Positions 1 through 9,001 of a stretch of 24,000 bases of DNA are shown here, piece after piece; position 1 is the first letter of the stretch, and each line of letters opens with the position of its first letter. The notes under the pieces were generated by a model. That model saw only the letters and a list, made by a program, of their open reading frames with translations, was not told where the DNA came from and did not search any database. Source of the stretch: Bacilli bacterium (GTDB taxonomy: Bacteria > Bacillota_I > Bacilli_A > RFN20 > DUOF01); the NCBI GenBank assembly GCA_045119835.1, contig JBGVED010000022.1, forward strand, positions 27,646 through 51,645, in the 5' to 3' direction. The position numbers and the translations under genes are program-made.

Positions 1-813
1 ATGTTTTGCTTTAGCTTCTTCTTCCATTTCAGCATGTTTAGCTTCTGATTCAGCTTTGAAATCAGCCATAGCTTTTTCCATTTCAGCGTGTTTAGCATCT
101 GCTTCTTCTTTCATAGCTTTATGGTCAGCTTCCATTTTTGCTTCCATTTCAGCATGTTTGTCTTCTGCAGCTTTTTGCATTTCTTCATGTTTAGCATCTG
201 CAGCAGCTTGCATGTCAGCCATAGCTTGTTCTATTTCAGCGTGTTTAGCGTCAGCTTCTTTTTTCATAGCTTGATGTTCTTCAGCTATTTGTTCTTGTAA
301 GTCTTGTTTTAATTGTTCTCTGTTTTCGTTTAATTCAGCATGAACTTCATCTGCTACTTTTTGCATTTCTTCTAATTTAGCTTGATTTTCTTCAGCTTGT
401 TTTTGCATAGCTTCGTCTAAATCAGCATGAACTTCGTCAGCAATTTTTTGCATTTCGTCCATAGCATTATTGATTTCGCCAACAGCACCATCTAAGTTAC
501 CTTGTAATTCTGCAACTTTATTTTCAACTTCTTCAACCATTTCGTTCATATCTAAATCTTTTTTAGATACAACTAATTTAAGTTCTCCACTTGCTGTAAC
601 CATATATAATGATTCTGAAGGTTCTACGTTAGCAGCTATTTCTTCTTCTGATCTTGCATCTGCTACATAAAGTATTTGCCCTGGATAAGCTGTAGGGTTA
701 TTTAATGCGTAGTCTTTAGCATCAGCTAAAGTATTGTGTATAGCACTAGAATCTAAAGGGAATTGACCTAAACGTTGGAAGGACATCCCTGTAGGTAAAA
801 TATTAAATGCCAT
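1..813 (-). CDS. Tail-fibre-like coiled-coil structural protein, N-terminal 271 codons (3' end runs off the window)
   Basis: Absent from the ORF track because it has no stop in the window. The reverse strand is open from ATG (813-811) to position 1. SD-like AAGGATGGTGG lies just upstream (816-826). Translation: MAFNILPTGMSFQRLGQFPLDSS...AYPGQILYV, then a long Ala/Glu/Lys/His coiled coil with reiterated ADAKHAEME-type units. The plus-strand ORFs 56..274, 88..300 and 470..670 are its low-complexity antisense shadows. Confidence 0.7.
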   Translation of the reverse strand, partial: MAFNILPTGMSFQRLGQFPLDSSAIHNTLADAKDYALNNPTAYPGQILYVADARSEEEIAANVEPSESLYMVTASGELKLVVSKKDLDMNEMVEEVENKVAELQGNLDGAVGEINNAMDEMQKIADEVHADLDEAMQKQAEENQAKLEEMQKVADEVHAELNENREQLKQDLQEQIAEEHQAMKKEADAKHAEIEQAMADMQAAADAKHEEMQKAAEDKHAEMEAKMEADHKAMKEEADAKHAEMEKAMADFKAESEAKHAEMEEEAKAKH

Positions 814-845
814 ATAATCCACCATCCTTGTAATTTTTTATTTTT

Positions 846-873
846 TTGGGATGCCCTGCACTAGACATCCCAA
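846..873. repeat. 8-bp inverted repeat TTGGGATG(12 nt)CATCCCAA between two late genes
   Basis: Read directly. In the minus (transcribed) sense the hairpin is followed by an A-run, not a U-run, so it is not a canonical terminator. It may be an mRNA processing or stability hairpin. Confidence 0.4.
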
Positions 874-882
874 GATATAAGA

Positions 883-1941
883 TTACCCTAATAGGACATT
901 GAAAGTCATTTTAGCTGCACAAGGAATTAAAAATATAAATGTATATACGTTGTAATCCATCATATTTTCGTTAGGAGTAGCGCCGCTTACGCTTACTACG
1001 CTTTTAACAAAATTAGATACATATTCTGCATCTCCTTGTTGATCATATTCAATTGACACTGGTTGTTTCCCATTTGCAGGAACTGCAATTGTAAGTCTTT
1101 GTGATCCAGCTGGAGCTTCAAGAACAAAATTATCATGAACTGTTTTATTTAAGCTTCTTATTTCTTCGCTATTTTCACAAGCAACTTTTTTATTATCTGC
1201 ACCAAAGAAAATACATCTAAATCCAGAATAAGCACATGATGCTTTAACTTGTCCTGCAGGTAATGGATTTCCAGCAGGTTTTCCAAAGTCATCAAATTTT
1301 TGTTCACCTTGTCCAAAATTAACTATTACAGAATATTCTATATTCCCTTCATCTAATATAATAGCTTCTTCTTGTTGCTCATTATTTATTGGTCCATATT
1401 CTATACTTTCTATTTCACCTGCATCTTTTTTATCAAATACAAAATTTATTTTAGGAGCTATTTTAGTTCCAACTTCATGTTGCATTTGAGCAGGGTCAAG
1501 AGATATAGATACTTGTGGAGCTTCATAAGGGAATTCTTCAGGTTTTTGTAATAACATTTTTAAAAACTCAGTAAATGTAGTTCCAGCTGGTATTACTTGA
1601 CCTTCTAATAAACCACCTATTCCGTCTACTCCACTTATTAGAATATCTTCTTCAGTAGAAGTGTCTGCTTCAAATTCCTCATATTCTCCTACTCTATAAT
1701 TAGCTATAGCTGTAGCAGGTACTCCAGGAACTAATTCTTCGGATCTTAATGATTTAACAGAATAGTATTTATCTGTTTCTTTACAATAAAACATCATACC
1801 TACATATGGGTATTCTATTTTAGCTATTTCATCCATAGTTTCTATTCTTGTTCTTATATCAAGAGGTTTATCATTGTCTTTTTTTGTCCCTACAGTAAGA
1901 GGAGTAGACATAACTGTTTTTTTAGAAAAATTAGTAGCCAT
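883..1941 (-). CDS. Phage structural protein, function unknown (352 aa)
   Basis: ORF-track ORF. GGAGGTG SD lies 7 nt upstream of the ATG at 1941. Sits in a co-directional tail-gene cluster. No motif recognised. Confidence 0.8.
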   Translation of the reverse strand: MATNFSKKTVMSTPLTVGTKKDNDKPLDIRTRIETMDEIAKIEYPYVGMMFYCKETDKYYSVKSLRSEELVPGVPATAIANYRVGEYEEFEADTSTEEDILISGVDGIGGLLEGQVIPAGTTFTEFLKMLLQKPEEFPYEAPQVSISLDPAQMQHEVGTKIAPKINFVFDKKDAGEIESIEYGPINNEQQEEAIILDEGNIEYSVIVNFGQGEQKFDDFGKPAGNPLPAGQVKASCAYSGFRCIFFGADNKKVACENSEEIRSLNKTVHDNFVLEAPAGSQRLTIAVPANGKQPVSIEYDQQGDAEYVSNFVKSVVSVSGATPNENMMDYNVYTFIFLIPCAAKMTFNVLLG

Positions 1942-1963
1942 ACATTTTCACCTCCATTCATTA

Positions 1964-3106
1964 TTAAGCATTATGAGCTTCTACTTCTATTCCAATTTTT
2001 CCACTTGTTAAATCTAGCCATTGAACTTTATAGCTTATACCATGTACAACTATACATCCTGGTTGTTCTATAGTAAAGTTAGCGCCTACAGCATCCCAAG
2101 CTTCAAATTCTAAATTAGCATCTTCTGGTGCAAATAATATCCACCATCCTAAAAATGCACCTGGTTCTTCGTCTTCTTCATCTATTGGCATTCTTGGCAT
2201 AGGTTCTATTGGCATATCCATACCAGCTAATATATAATCTAATCCTTGAGTTTTAAGATCATCTGGATCGTATACATCTACTATTGGACAGTCATTAAAG
2301 AACATTTTAGCTTCTTTAACTTTTATAATTACTTCTGCTTCTACCATATGTGGTTCTTCACAATTGCATTGTCCATGAACTTTAATTCTTGCAACTTCGC
2401 ATTCTTTAAAGTCTTTTGGTTGTGCTAAATCTTTAACTATTATTTTTCCATCTTCGCCTATTGGTTGATCAACAGCGTCTACTCCTTCGCATCCTTCTAA
2501 TACATCAGTATTATTTTGAACATCGAATTTAAAGTTCTCAAAATTAGCTTCGCAACCTTCAGCAACTATTTCTAATACAAGATTAGATAGCTCAACTATT
2601 CCTCTATTTATTATTACTTCTTTTACTTCGACATCATCCTGTTTTATTTTGATTTCTAGTTTTTTATTTTCTGGTTCTGGATCTGGATCTGGATCTACAG
2701 GAGGCTCTGGATCTGGATTAACAGGTGGTTCTTCTGGATCGTCTCCTTCATCTGGATTTTCTACTGGATTAGGAACAATATCGTATTCAGGCTTATATGG
2801 AGCAAGTACTCCTTCTTCTATTATTCCGTAACCTTCTTTTTCAATGTTACAATGACATTGGAAAGTAGCTACTGGCATTTTAGCATCGTCAGCTGGGCCA
2901 GTACCTATATTTTCTACTGAGTCCCATACTATAAGACCAGCTTTTAAACCTTTTAATATTGGTTTTAAATCCATATCGTCTGTAACACATTTAAACCATC
3001 TTTTACCGCAAGTTAAATAGATTTCATTTTTGAAATCATACCATGCAGGTATATGTGGTGCTAATTTAATTACACCATAATATTGTTTAGACATATATAT
3101 GATCAC
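1964..3106 (-). CDS. Phage structural protein with an acidic Pro-rich linker (380 aa)
   Basis: ORF-track ORF. Linker NPVENPDEGDDPEEPPVNPDPEPPVDPDPDPEPE separates two Cys-containing domains. The track start is a GTG at 3106; an ATG at 3094 (MSKQYYG) is an alternative. GAAAGGAA SD lies nearby, with non-ideal spacing to either start. Confidence 0.75.
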   Translation of the reverse strand: MIIYMSKQYYGVIKLAPHIPAWYDFKNEIYLTCGKRWFKCVTDDMDLKPILKGLKAGLIVWDSVENIGTGPADDAKMPVATFQCHCNIEKEGYGIIEEGVLAPYKPEYDIVPNPVENPDEGDDPEEPPVNPDPEPPVDPDPDPEPENKKLEIKIKQDDVEVKEVIINRGIVELSNLVLEIVAEGCEANFENFKFDVQNNTDVLEGCEGVDAVDQPIGEDGKIIVKDLAQPKDFKECEVARIKVHGQCNCEEPHMVEAEVIIKVKEAKMFFNDCPIVDVYDPDDLKTQGLDYILAGMDMPIEPMPRMPIDEEDEEPGAFLGWWILFAPEDANLEFEAWDAVGANFTIEQPGCIVVHGISYKVQWLDLTSGKIGIEVEAHNA

Positions 3107-3169
3107 TATTCCTTTCTTTATTAGACTAGCTTCTCGCTACTCTTTTATTACTTTTATTAATAGCAAATA

Positions 3170-3190
3170 AGACTACTGAAATAGTAGCCT
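3170..3190 (-). terminator. Putative intrinsic terminator after the 3193..4284 gene
   Basis: Minus-strand RNA: AGGCUACU-AUUUC-AGUAGUCU, an 8-bp stem with one G.U that pairs only in the minus sense. It is followed by UAUUUGCUAUU and starts 3 nt after the stop codon. Confidence 0.5.
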
Positions 3191-3192
3191 AT

Positions 3193-4284
3193 TTATATAA
3201 ATGGAACTCCAGGTATATTTGAGTTTCCATATCTATCTTTATATAATCCTCCACCGGAAATAACTCTAGAACCAACTGCAGCTGCTGCATATGTTCCAGC
3301 TATTCTTCCCCATCTTAAAGAACCATCATCATTAGTATGTGCAGATTCTAATGCGTCCCAGAAATTGCCGCCATCTCTAACGCCTTTATATGTATCACCT
3401 ATGCCTCCAAAATAATCATCTGCATAGTCTTTCCATGAACGACGATCATTTGGTCCGCCTTCTGGTCCACTATTTGTATTGGTGTTGCTGTTTGTGTTTT
3501 TATTTTTATTGCCACTACCTGATGAATCAGTACGTGGTCCGCCATCATCGCTAAAATCAAAATTGTTTTGATTTGGTCCATCGTCTATTCTTGTTGTTTT
3601 AATTTCGTCCATAAGGGGACCAATGTCTCCAGGTTTATTGTTTCTTAAACGTTCTTGCGCAGATTTATAATTGTCTCTTTTTATAAAATCATCAATATTT
3701 TGACGTGCAGCATTTTGTGTTTTTGTTAATGCTTCTCCTTTAGGCATTGGTACAGTTTCTAGATCTTTGATTTTTTCTAAATTATTTAATGCTTTATTTG
3801 TTGTATTTACTCCTCTTATTTCTTTTGCTTTCTCTAATGCTTGTTGGTAATTCCCTACAGCATCATATTTACTTGGAGCCGATGTATTTGTTTTTGCTAT
3901 TTTTTTAGCGTTATTCAATGCTGTATCATATTCATTAACTATTTCATTCAATGCTTTTGTTGTTGTATTTGAATTTGCTATTTTTTCAGCATTGTTTAAT
4001 GCTGTTCCATGTTTTTGCACAATATTGTTTATTGATTTGGTAGTTGTATTTGAATTTGCTATTTTCTTAGCGTTAGATAATGCTGTTCCATGTTCACTGA
4101 CGATTTCATTTAATGCTTTTGTTGCCGTATTTGAACCTGCTATTTTTTTAGCGTTATTTAATGCTGTACCATATTCACCTACGAATTTATTTAACGCTTT
4201 TGTAGTTGTTTTACTGTTATCAAGCACTTGACCTGTTATTTTAGCCATATTACGACCAGCTTTTATTACGTCATCTACTGCCAT
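3193..4284 (-). CDS. Structural protein with five 27-aa tandem repeats and a Gly/Asn/Asp-rich C-terminal half
   Basis: ORF-track ORF trimmed to the ATG at 4284 (MAVDDVIK). AGGAGGTG lies 6 nt upstream, and the track's GTG start sits inside that SD. Repeats are of the form SNTTTKALNEIVxEYGTALNNAKKIAx. Confidence 0.8.
   Translation of the reverse strand: MAVDDVIKAGRNMAKITGQVLDNSKTTTKALNKFVGEYGTALNNAKKIAGSNTATKALNEIVSEHGTALSNAKKIANSNTTTKSINNIVQKHGTALNNAEKIANSNTTTKALNEIVNEYDTALNNAKKIAKTNTSAPSKYDAVGNYQQALEKAKEIRGVNTTNKALNNLEKIKDLETVPMPKGEALTKTQNAARQNIDDFIKRDNYKSAQERLRNNKPGDIGPLMDEIKTTRIDDGPNQNNFDFSDDGGPRTDSSGSGNKNKNTNSNTNTNSGPEGGPNDRRSWKDYADDYFGGIGDTYKGVRDGGNFWDALESAHTNDDGSLRWGRIAGTYAAAAVGSRVISGGGLYKDRYGNSNIPGVPFI
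3811..4218 (-). repeat. Tandem 81-bp (27-aa) coding repeats, about 5 copies
   Basis: aa 23-158 of the 3193..4284 protein: four good copies plus one degenerate copy and a partial sixth. The same periodicity produces the antisense shadow ORF 3992..4231. Confidence 0.8.
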
Positions 4285-4296
4285 AATTATCACCTC

Positions 4297-4974
4297 CTAT
4301 TTCAAGTGATCTGGTTTTTCGTCTTCTACAAAGTCTATATCGAAGATACTATCAAGAATACTTCTTTCACTATTTCCATCGTCACCTTTCATTCTAGACT
4401 TCGCTTTACGAGTCGCCATCATAGTATCTAATATTCTCTCTTTGATTTTTAAATTTCTTTCATATAGTTCTTGTGTCTTACTTATTTCTTTTCTAAAATA
4501 ATCTACACCGCTCGATTCAGATGTCCCTATAAATTCTTCTGTTATAGCACTACCTTCTTGACTCATTAGTGCTAAACATCTTTCTATCATAATCTCTGCA
4601 TTTATTAGTTCTTTTACCATTGTCCAATCTGTATAACTACTTTCATCTAGTCCAAATTCTTCTGTATAATTAGCTAGCTTTTGTTCTATCATTGTAGTCT
4701 CAAGTACACATCGTTCTCCAACAGTATCTAATCCGTATTCTAATAAACCACATGTTGCCCCATATGGACAATTACATCCTTTACATACTATAGGTATTCT
4801 ACTGTATAATCCAGTCTTGGTACTTAACATGGTCATTGCTGCTTTCTTACTTTCAAGTGCGCCCTCACTATATCCCCATGGATTACCTACAGTATCCATC
4901 ATCGCTTCAAATGCTTTACGTTTCTCAATCGCTTTTTCTTTATCAGATTTGTCTATATTATTAGTTAATTCCAT
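4297..4974 (-). CDS. Hypothetical protein with a CxxCxC...C cluster (225 aa); weak small-terminase/DNA-binding possibility
   Basis: AAGGAGG lies 7 nt upstream of the ATG at 4974. Motif IPIVCKGCNCPYGATCG, a helical middle and a basic C-terminus (ATRKAKSRMKGDD). Function is not established from the sequence. Confidence 0.75.
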   Translation of the reverse strand: MELTNNIDKSDKEKAIEKRKAFEAMMDTVGNPWGYSEGALESKKAAMTMLSTKTGLYSRIPIVCKGCNCPYGATCGLLEYGLDTVGERCVLETTMIEQKLANYTEEFGLDESSYTDWTMVKELINAEIMIERCLALMSQEGSAITEEFIGTSESSGVDYFRKEISKTQELYERNLKIKERILDTMMATRKAKSRMKGDDGNSERSILDSIFDIDFVEDEKPDHLK

Positions 4975-4998
4975 AATTTTGCCTCCTTCTTTTATTTA

Positions 4999-5307
4999 TT
5001 ACTCTACTTCTTTCTTATACATTTCAAGTAGTTCTTCTAGTTTATAATCTGTTCCATTATTTAATATCTCTACACTTTCATATTCAAATACATATACATA
5101 AAATACATCGTTGGATCCAGATGTCTCTGCATATACTTCAATTCCGTCCAATCTAAATCTATCACATGATAAACTATGAATCTCTTCTATATACAAATGT
5201 GTTTTAAGTATTCCGCTTCTTATAAGTTCTTTTCCTTCTTGTTTTATTTCATATGTTATTAATCCTAATGTTTCTATTTCATCATTGATAATTATATCAA
5301 AATTCAT
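4999..5307 (-). CDS. Hypothetical protein (102 aa)
   Basis: ORF-track ORF trimmed to the ATG at 5307 (MNFDIII). GAGGTG SD lies 6 nt upstream, and the track's GTG start at 5316 lies inside that SD. Confidence 0.7.
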   Translation of the reverse strand: MNFDIIINDEIETLGLITYEIKQEGKELIRSGILKTHLYIEEIHSLSCDRFRLDGIEVYAETSGSNDVFYVYVFEYESVEILNNGTDYKLEELLEMYKKEVE

Positions 5308-5390
5308 TTTATTCACCTCATCTCTACTATATTACTATTTCTTCTTGTATAAAATTGTATACTGTATACGTATAGTACGTACAAACATCG

Positions 5391-5413
5391 TAAAAAAGAG
5401 CCCGAAGGCTCTT
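5391..5413 (-). terminator. Intrinsic terminator of the tail-fibre gene, C(UUCG)G tetraloop
   Basis: Minus-strand RNA: AAGAGCC-UUCG-GGCUCUU followed by UUUU, beginning 3 nt after the stop at 5416-5418. Confidence 0.75.
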
Positions 5414-5415
5414 AA

Positions 5416-8400
5416 TTATTTAAAAATTATTTTGATTATATTTTCATTAACTCTTTCTATTACTCTGTAAGTATCAAAACCTCTTTCACAAGCTGTTGCT
5501 TTTCCATTATCATCGCATTTACAGAAGCCATTAACCTCACAAGTTCCATCGTCATATACCGAAAGAACACCTAGCATACCAATAGCGTCCCATTCAGGTC
5601 TATCTGCTCTAGAAATATATTCTTTATTTGGATCATAATCTGGATTTACAGCAAATGATTCATATTCTACTTCTTTCTCTACAGTTACATCTAAAAGTTT
5701 TTTTCTTTCATCATAAGATAATTTTTCAAATTCTTCTTCTGATATTTCAATATCTTTAAATGATTTTGTTTCTTTTACTTCTACGATGTCTTTATAAACT
5801 TTTTTTATAGGTCTATTGAATTCGTCAGTTAAATATTGCCCATGCCAATTTAAATCATGATTACCTAAAACAGCAGGATGACCTGATACTATACCTAATA
5901 GGTATTCTCCTGATTTAGCTTTTCTTATTTTATTTCCATCTAAAGTAACAAAATAACCAACTCTATCTTCAGCATCAGGATTACCATCAATCCATTCAAA
6001 ATACTCAGCATAGTCCGCTCCTGATGTTGAATAGGCAGCTTTACCCATTACTTGACCTGCATATGATATAACACACGCATTAGATCTAGTTTCTGCATTA
6101 CCATAATTTCCTGTACCATTACCTACAGTAAATGCAGCACCATTTGTCCCAGAACTACTTCCTGACCAGTTAGTATCATTGTAATGTCCTATGACAAACA
6201 TATTTTCTCCATATGAACTAGTAGTTGTACCTACACCGAATACAGATGAATAAGCTCCATTTGCTTCTGCATAATATCCTGAAGCCAATGCGTAACTTGC
6301 TTTAGCTTTGGAATAATATCCTCCCAATGCAGTAGAATACAATCCAGTAGTTATTGCTTCGTAACCCATAGCGTAACTTCCGTTACTTTGTGCTTCTGCA
6401 CAATATCCTAAAGCTACTGTATTATTAGCTATTGCTTTCGGAGAATATCCAAAAGCGACTCCACAATAACCTAAATCTCTATTTGGTTCACCATTACTGT
6501 TTTCTCCTCCTGTATCTGCGTAGTAACCTCCACATATACTATAGTATCCAAATGCTTTCGAATAACGTCCTAATGCTGTACCTTTATCCCATCCTTCACA
6601 ACCGTATCCAAGAGAATTTCCTCCATTATGACATTCGGCATAACTACCAATAGCATTACCATAAGATCCAGTACAATTAGCATAATTACCAATTATGATA
6701 TTATTATTGATACCACTTCCTGTTAAATTATTACCTGTACCTATAACTACGAGATTTGATGCATTATCGTTTGTAGTAGTACCAACTTTATTATTTTCAC
6801 CTATTGCAAAAACATATCCAGAATAAATTTCATTAAGATCACCTATTACTAATGAGCCATAACCATGTACTTTATTATTTCTACCTATTGCAACGCCTTC
6901 ATTTCCATCTACTACGTTTTGATCTCCTATTGCAGCAGATATAGCTCCTGAGACTGTATTGTTATATCCTAAATTAACTTTACTACCTTTATTACTATAA
7001 TTATCTCCACTATATTTTAATTCACTAGCTGTTGCAGTTAAATATGTACTAGGTACATAATTGCTATGTGTATGGTTTCCTGCAGCTGCATTACCTGCAC
7101 CTGTTCCTATTGTTAAATGTGTACCATGTGATGCAGGAGCAGCACCTAATTCTTCAAGATCTGGTTTGTGTAAATTTGTATAGAATCGATTCCAAGCTCC
7201 CCAGCTAGTACCTTCACCTTTTCTAAAATACATTCTACCGTCATCTAAAGTAGCGAATTGAGTTGCTTTACCGCCAGACCAAGATGTCGTATCGCCCCAT
7301 TGTTGATAAGTTATGACACCTGCGAAATTTTTACCTGAATTTGGAAGTCCTACAGTTGAAGTAGATTTAAATTCTGGATAAATACCTCTAGTGGTATATG
7401 TATTTGGTGCGCTATTCGCATTTCTTGTATCCATTGAAGTTATATAATCATGTATATGAGAACTTATAGTGCCTGTCAACTTATTTTCTATTTCAGTTTT
7501 AGTTATATCACTATTTTTTTGAGCATTTGATGGAGCATGAGCTGATTGACTATGATTGTAAGCAGTATTACCATAGTCTCCTCTATATGCAGTAGACGAT
7601 GTAGTACCTAAACTTAAATGTGTACCATGTGTACTAGCAGCCGCTCCTATAGAACTTGGTGTAATATTAATTGTTTTAGCAGCAGAACCATTAAATGTAA
7701 ATAAATTTGTCCCTTCAGTAGAACCACTATTAAGTTTAATAGTCAAATTAGTATTGACTTTGTTGGCACTAGTAGCTGCTCCTCCAGCAGAACTTGAGCC
7801 AGCATAGTTATGTGTATGATTACCAGCTGCCGCATTACTTGCACCAGTTCCTATAGTTAAATGCGTTCCATGTGACTTAGCAGCATACTTGCTAGATAAA
7901 GCTGTTCCGTTTTCAGTAAACGAAGTTGCAGTAACATTTCCTGTTACAGTTAATTTAGCATCAGTTAGTGAAGATGCATCTAATGTCATTGCATTAAATA
8001 ATGTTCCACCACTTGGAGTAAATCTCCATCTCCACATATCGTTTTGTGTTGCATCATCTGCTAAGTTAAAGTCAAAATAAGTATTAGTGCCATCTACAGT
8101 TGTACTTATAGAACCAGAATCAGAACCTTCGGTCGCAAATGCTAAACCTGTTATTCCAGTTAAAGATGTATGATTATGAGATGCAGGAGCATAAGTGCCA
8201 CTATGATTATGGCTAGTTATGGTACCAGTAAGTTTAGCTTCTATTTCAGCTTTTGTTATGTCACTATTTTTTTGTGCGTTGCTAGGAGCATGTGCTGCTT
8301 GTGAATGATTATATGCCGTATTACCGTAATCTCCTCTATACGCAGTACTAGATGTAGTACCTAAAGTTAAATGCGTTCCATGTGACTTAGCAGCATATTT

Positions 8401-8937
8401 ATCAGCTAAAGCAGTTCCCCCTTCTGTAAACGAAGTAGCTGATATAGTTCCGCTTTCATTAAAAGTCATCTTATTAGTAAAAGTAGTTGAACCTGTTCTT
8501 ATATCAAAATATAAGCTACCTCCACGATCTTGTACTCTCCAGTCAGTATAGCTATCACTATCTGATCCTCTATAGAATATTAATGAAGGACTGTCATTAG
8601 AGCCTGATGCGTATAATTTTAAATCTCCTGTAATATTTCCTCCACTTAACGGTAAATAGCTATGTGTATGAGTAGTTATATTTCCAGTTAATTTAGCTTC
8701 TATTTCAGCTTTTGTTATATCACTGTTCTTTTGTGCGTTACTAGGAGCATGAGCAGATTGACTATGTTGATAAGCTGTATTTCCGTAATCACCTCTAAAT
8801 GCATTTCCAGAACCTGTACCTAAAGTTAAATGGGTACCATGTGAACTATTTGCTTTTTTTGCCAATTCCGTATCTATATATTGTTTCGTTCTTGTCAAGG
8901 ACGTATTTAATGCATCTTTTAAACTTAATTTTGCCAT
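5416..8937 (-). CDS. Mosaic tail fibre/tail spike (1173 aa) with a C-terminal Peptidase_G2-type intramolecular-chaperone domain
   Basis: AAAGGAG lies 7 nt upstream of the ATG. There are three 61-aa modules SHGTHLTLGT..AYRGDYGNTAYNHSQSAHAPSNAQKNSDITKAEIEAKLTG..HxH and six HxH motifs. aa ~655-905 carry Gly/Tyr/Asn repeats like YadA-head/hep_Hag repeats (GYxAxAxGxxS). aa 974-982 read ADYAEYFEW, followed by DGNP..DRVGYFVTLDG (DNA 5419-6020), as in phi29-type pre-neck appendage C-termini. Confidence 0.9.
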   Translation of the reverse strand: MAKLSLKDALNTSLTRTKQYIDTELAKKANSSHGTHLTLGTGSGNAFRGDYGNTAYQHSQSAHAPSNAQKNSDITKAEIEAKLTGNITTHTHSYLPLSGGNITGDLKLYASGSNDSPSLIFYRGSDSDSYTDWRVQDRGGSLYFDIRTGSTTFTNKMTFNESGTISATSFTEGGTALADKYAAKSHGTHLTLGTTSSTAYRGDYGNTAYNHSQAAHAPSNAQKNSDITKAEIEAKLTGTITSHNHSGTYAPASHNHTSLTGITGLAFATEGSDSGSISTTVDGTNTYFDFNLADDATQNDMWRWRFTPSGGTLFNAMTLDASSLTDAKLTVTGNVTATSFTENGTALSSKYAAKSHGTHLTIGTGASNAAAGNHTHNYAGSSSAGGAATSANKVNTNLTIKLNSGSTEGTNLFTFNGSAAKTINITPSSIGAAASTHGTHLSLGTTSSTAYRGDYGNTAYNHSQSAHAPSNAQKNSDITKTEIENKLTGTISSHIHDYITSMDTRNANSAPNTYTTRGIYPEFKSTSTVGLPNSGKNFAGVITYQQWGDTTSWSGGKATQFATLDDGRMYFRKGEGTSWGAWNRFYTNLHKPDLEELGAAPASHGTHLTIGTGAGNAAAGNHTHSNYVPSTYLTATASELKYSGDNYSNKGSKVNLGYNNTVSGAISAAIGDQNVVDGNEGVAIGRNNKVHGYGSLVIGDLNEIYSGYVFAIGENNKVGTTTNDNASNLVVIGTGNNLTGSGINNNIIIGNYANCTGSYGNAIGSYAECHNGGNSLGYGCEGWDKGTALGRYSKAFGYYSICGGYYADTGGENSNGEPNRDLGYCGVAFGYSPKAIANNTVALGYCAEAQSNGSYAMGYEAITTGLYSTALGGYYSKAKASYALASGYYAEANGAYSSVFGVGTTTSSYGENMFVIGHYNDTNWSGSSSGTNGAAFTVGNGTGNYGNAETRSNACVISYAGQVMGKAAYSTSGADYAEYFEWIDGNPDAEDRVGYFVTLDGNKIRKAKSGEYLLGIVSGHPAVLGNHDLNWHGQYLTDEFNRPIKKVYKDIVEVKETKSFKDIEISEEEFEKLSYDERKKLLDVTVEKEVEYESFAVNPDYDPNKEYISRADRPEWDAIGMLGVLSVYDDGTCEVNGFCKCDDNGKATACERGFDTYRVIERVNENIIKIIFK
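7450..8844 (-). repeat. Three dispersed ~183-bp near-identical coding repeats inside the fibre gene
   Basis: Long copies at 8662-8844 (aa 32-92), 8203-8385 (aa 185-245) and 7450-7632 (aa 436-496). Shorter related copies (KSHGTHLTIGTGA.NAAAGNHTH) at 7804-7878 and 7057-7131. Identical DNA runs occur, for example AAATGCGTTCCATGTGACTTAGCAGCATA at 7859-7887 and 8368-8396. Confidence 0.85.
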
Positions 8938-8965
8938 TTGTTTTCTCCTTTCTTTCTTTTTTTTA

Positions 8966-8971
8966 ATTATA
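8966..8971 (-). promoter_or_regulatory. Candidate -10 box (TATAAT on the minus strand) for the late fibre operon
   Basis: AATTATATAATT palindrome about 30 nt upstream of the ATG at 8937. No convincing -35, consistent with factor-dependent or phage-polymerase-dependent late transcription. Weak call. Confidence 0.3.
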
Positions 8972-9001
8972 TAATTAAATGTCCGATCATTATTATTTAT
9001 T

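Noticed and set aside
56-670. Plus-strand ORFs 56..274, 88..300 and 470..670
   Set aside because: These are low-complexity Ser/Ala/Cys/Phe-rich antisense shadows of the minus-strand coiled-coil gene (1-813), which has a proper SD and ATG.
846-873. Terminator between the 883 gene and the 813 gene
   Set aside because: In the transcribed (minus) sense the hairpin is followed by an A-run, and the T-run lies on the wrong side. It is kept only as an inverted repeat.
4228-5470. Plus-strand ORFs 4228..4431, 4817..5047 and 5285..5470
   Set aside because: They are antisense to well-supported minus-strand genes and intergenic signals, with no SD and an AT-rich shadow composition.
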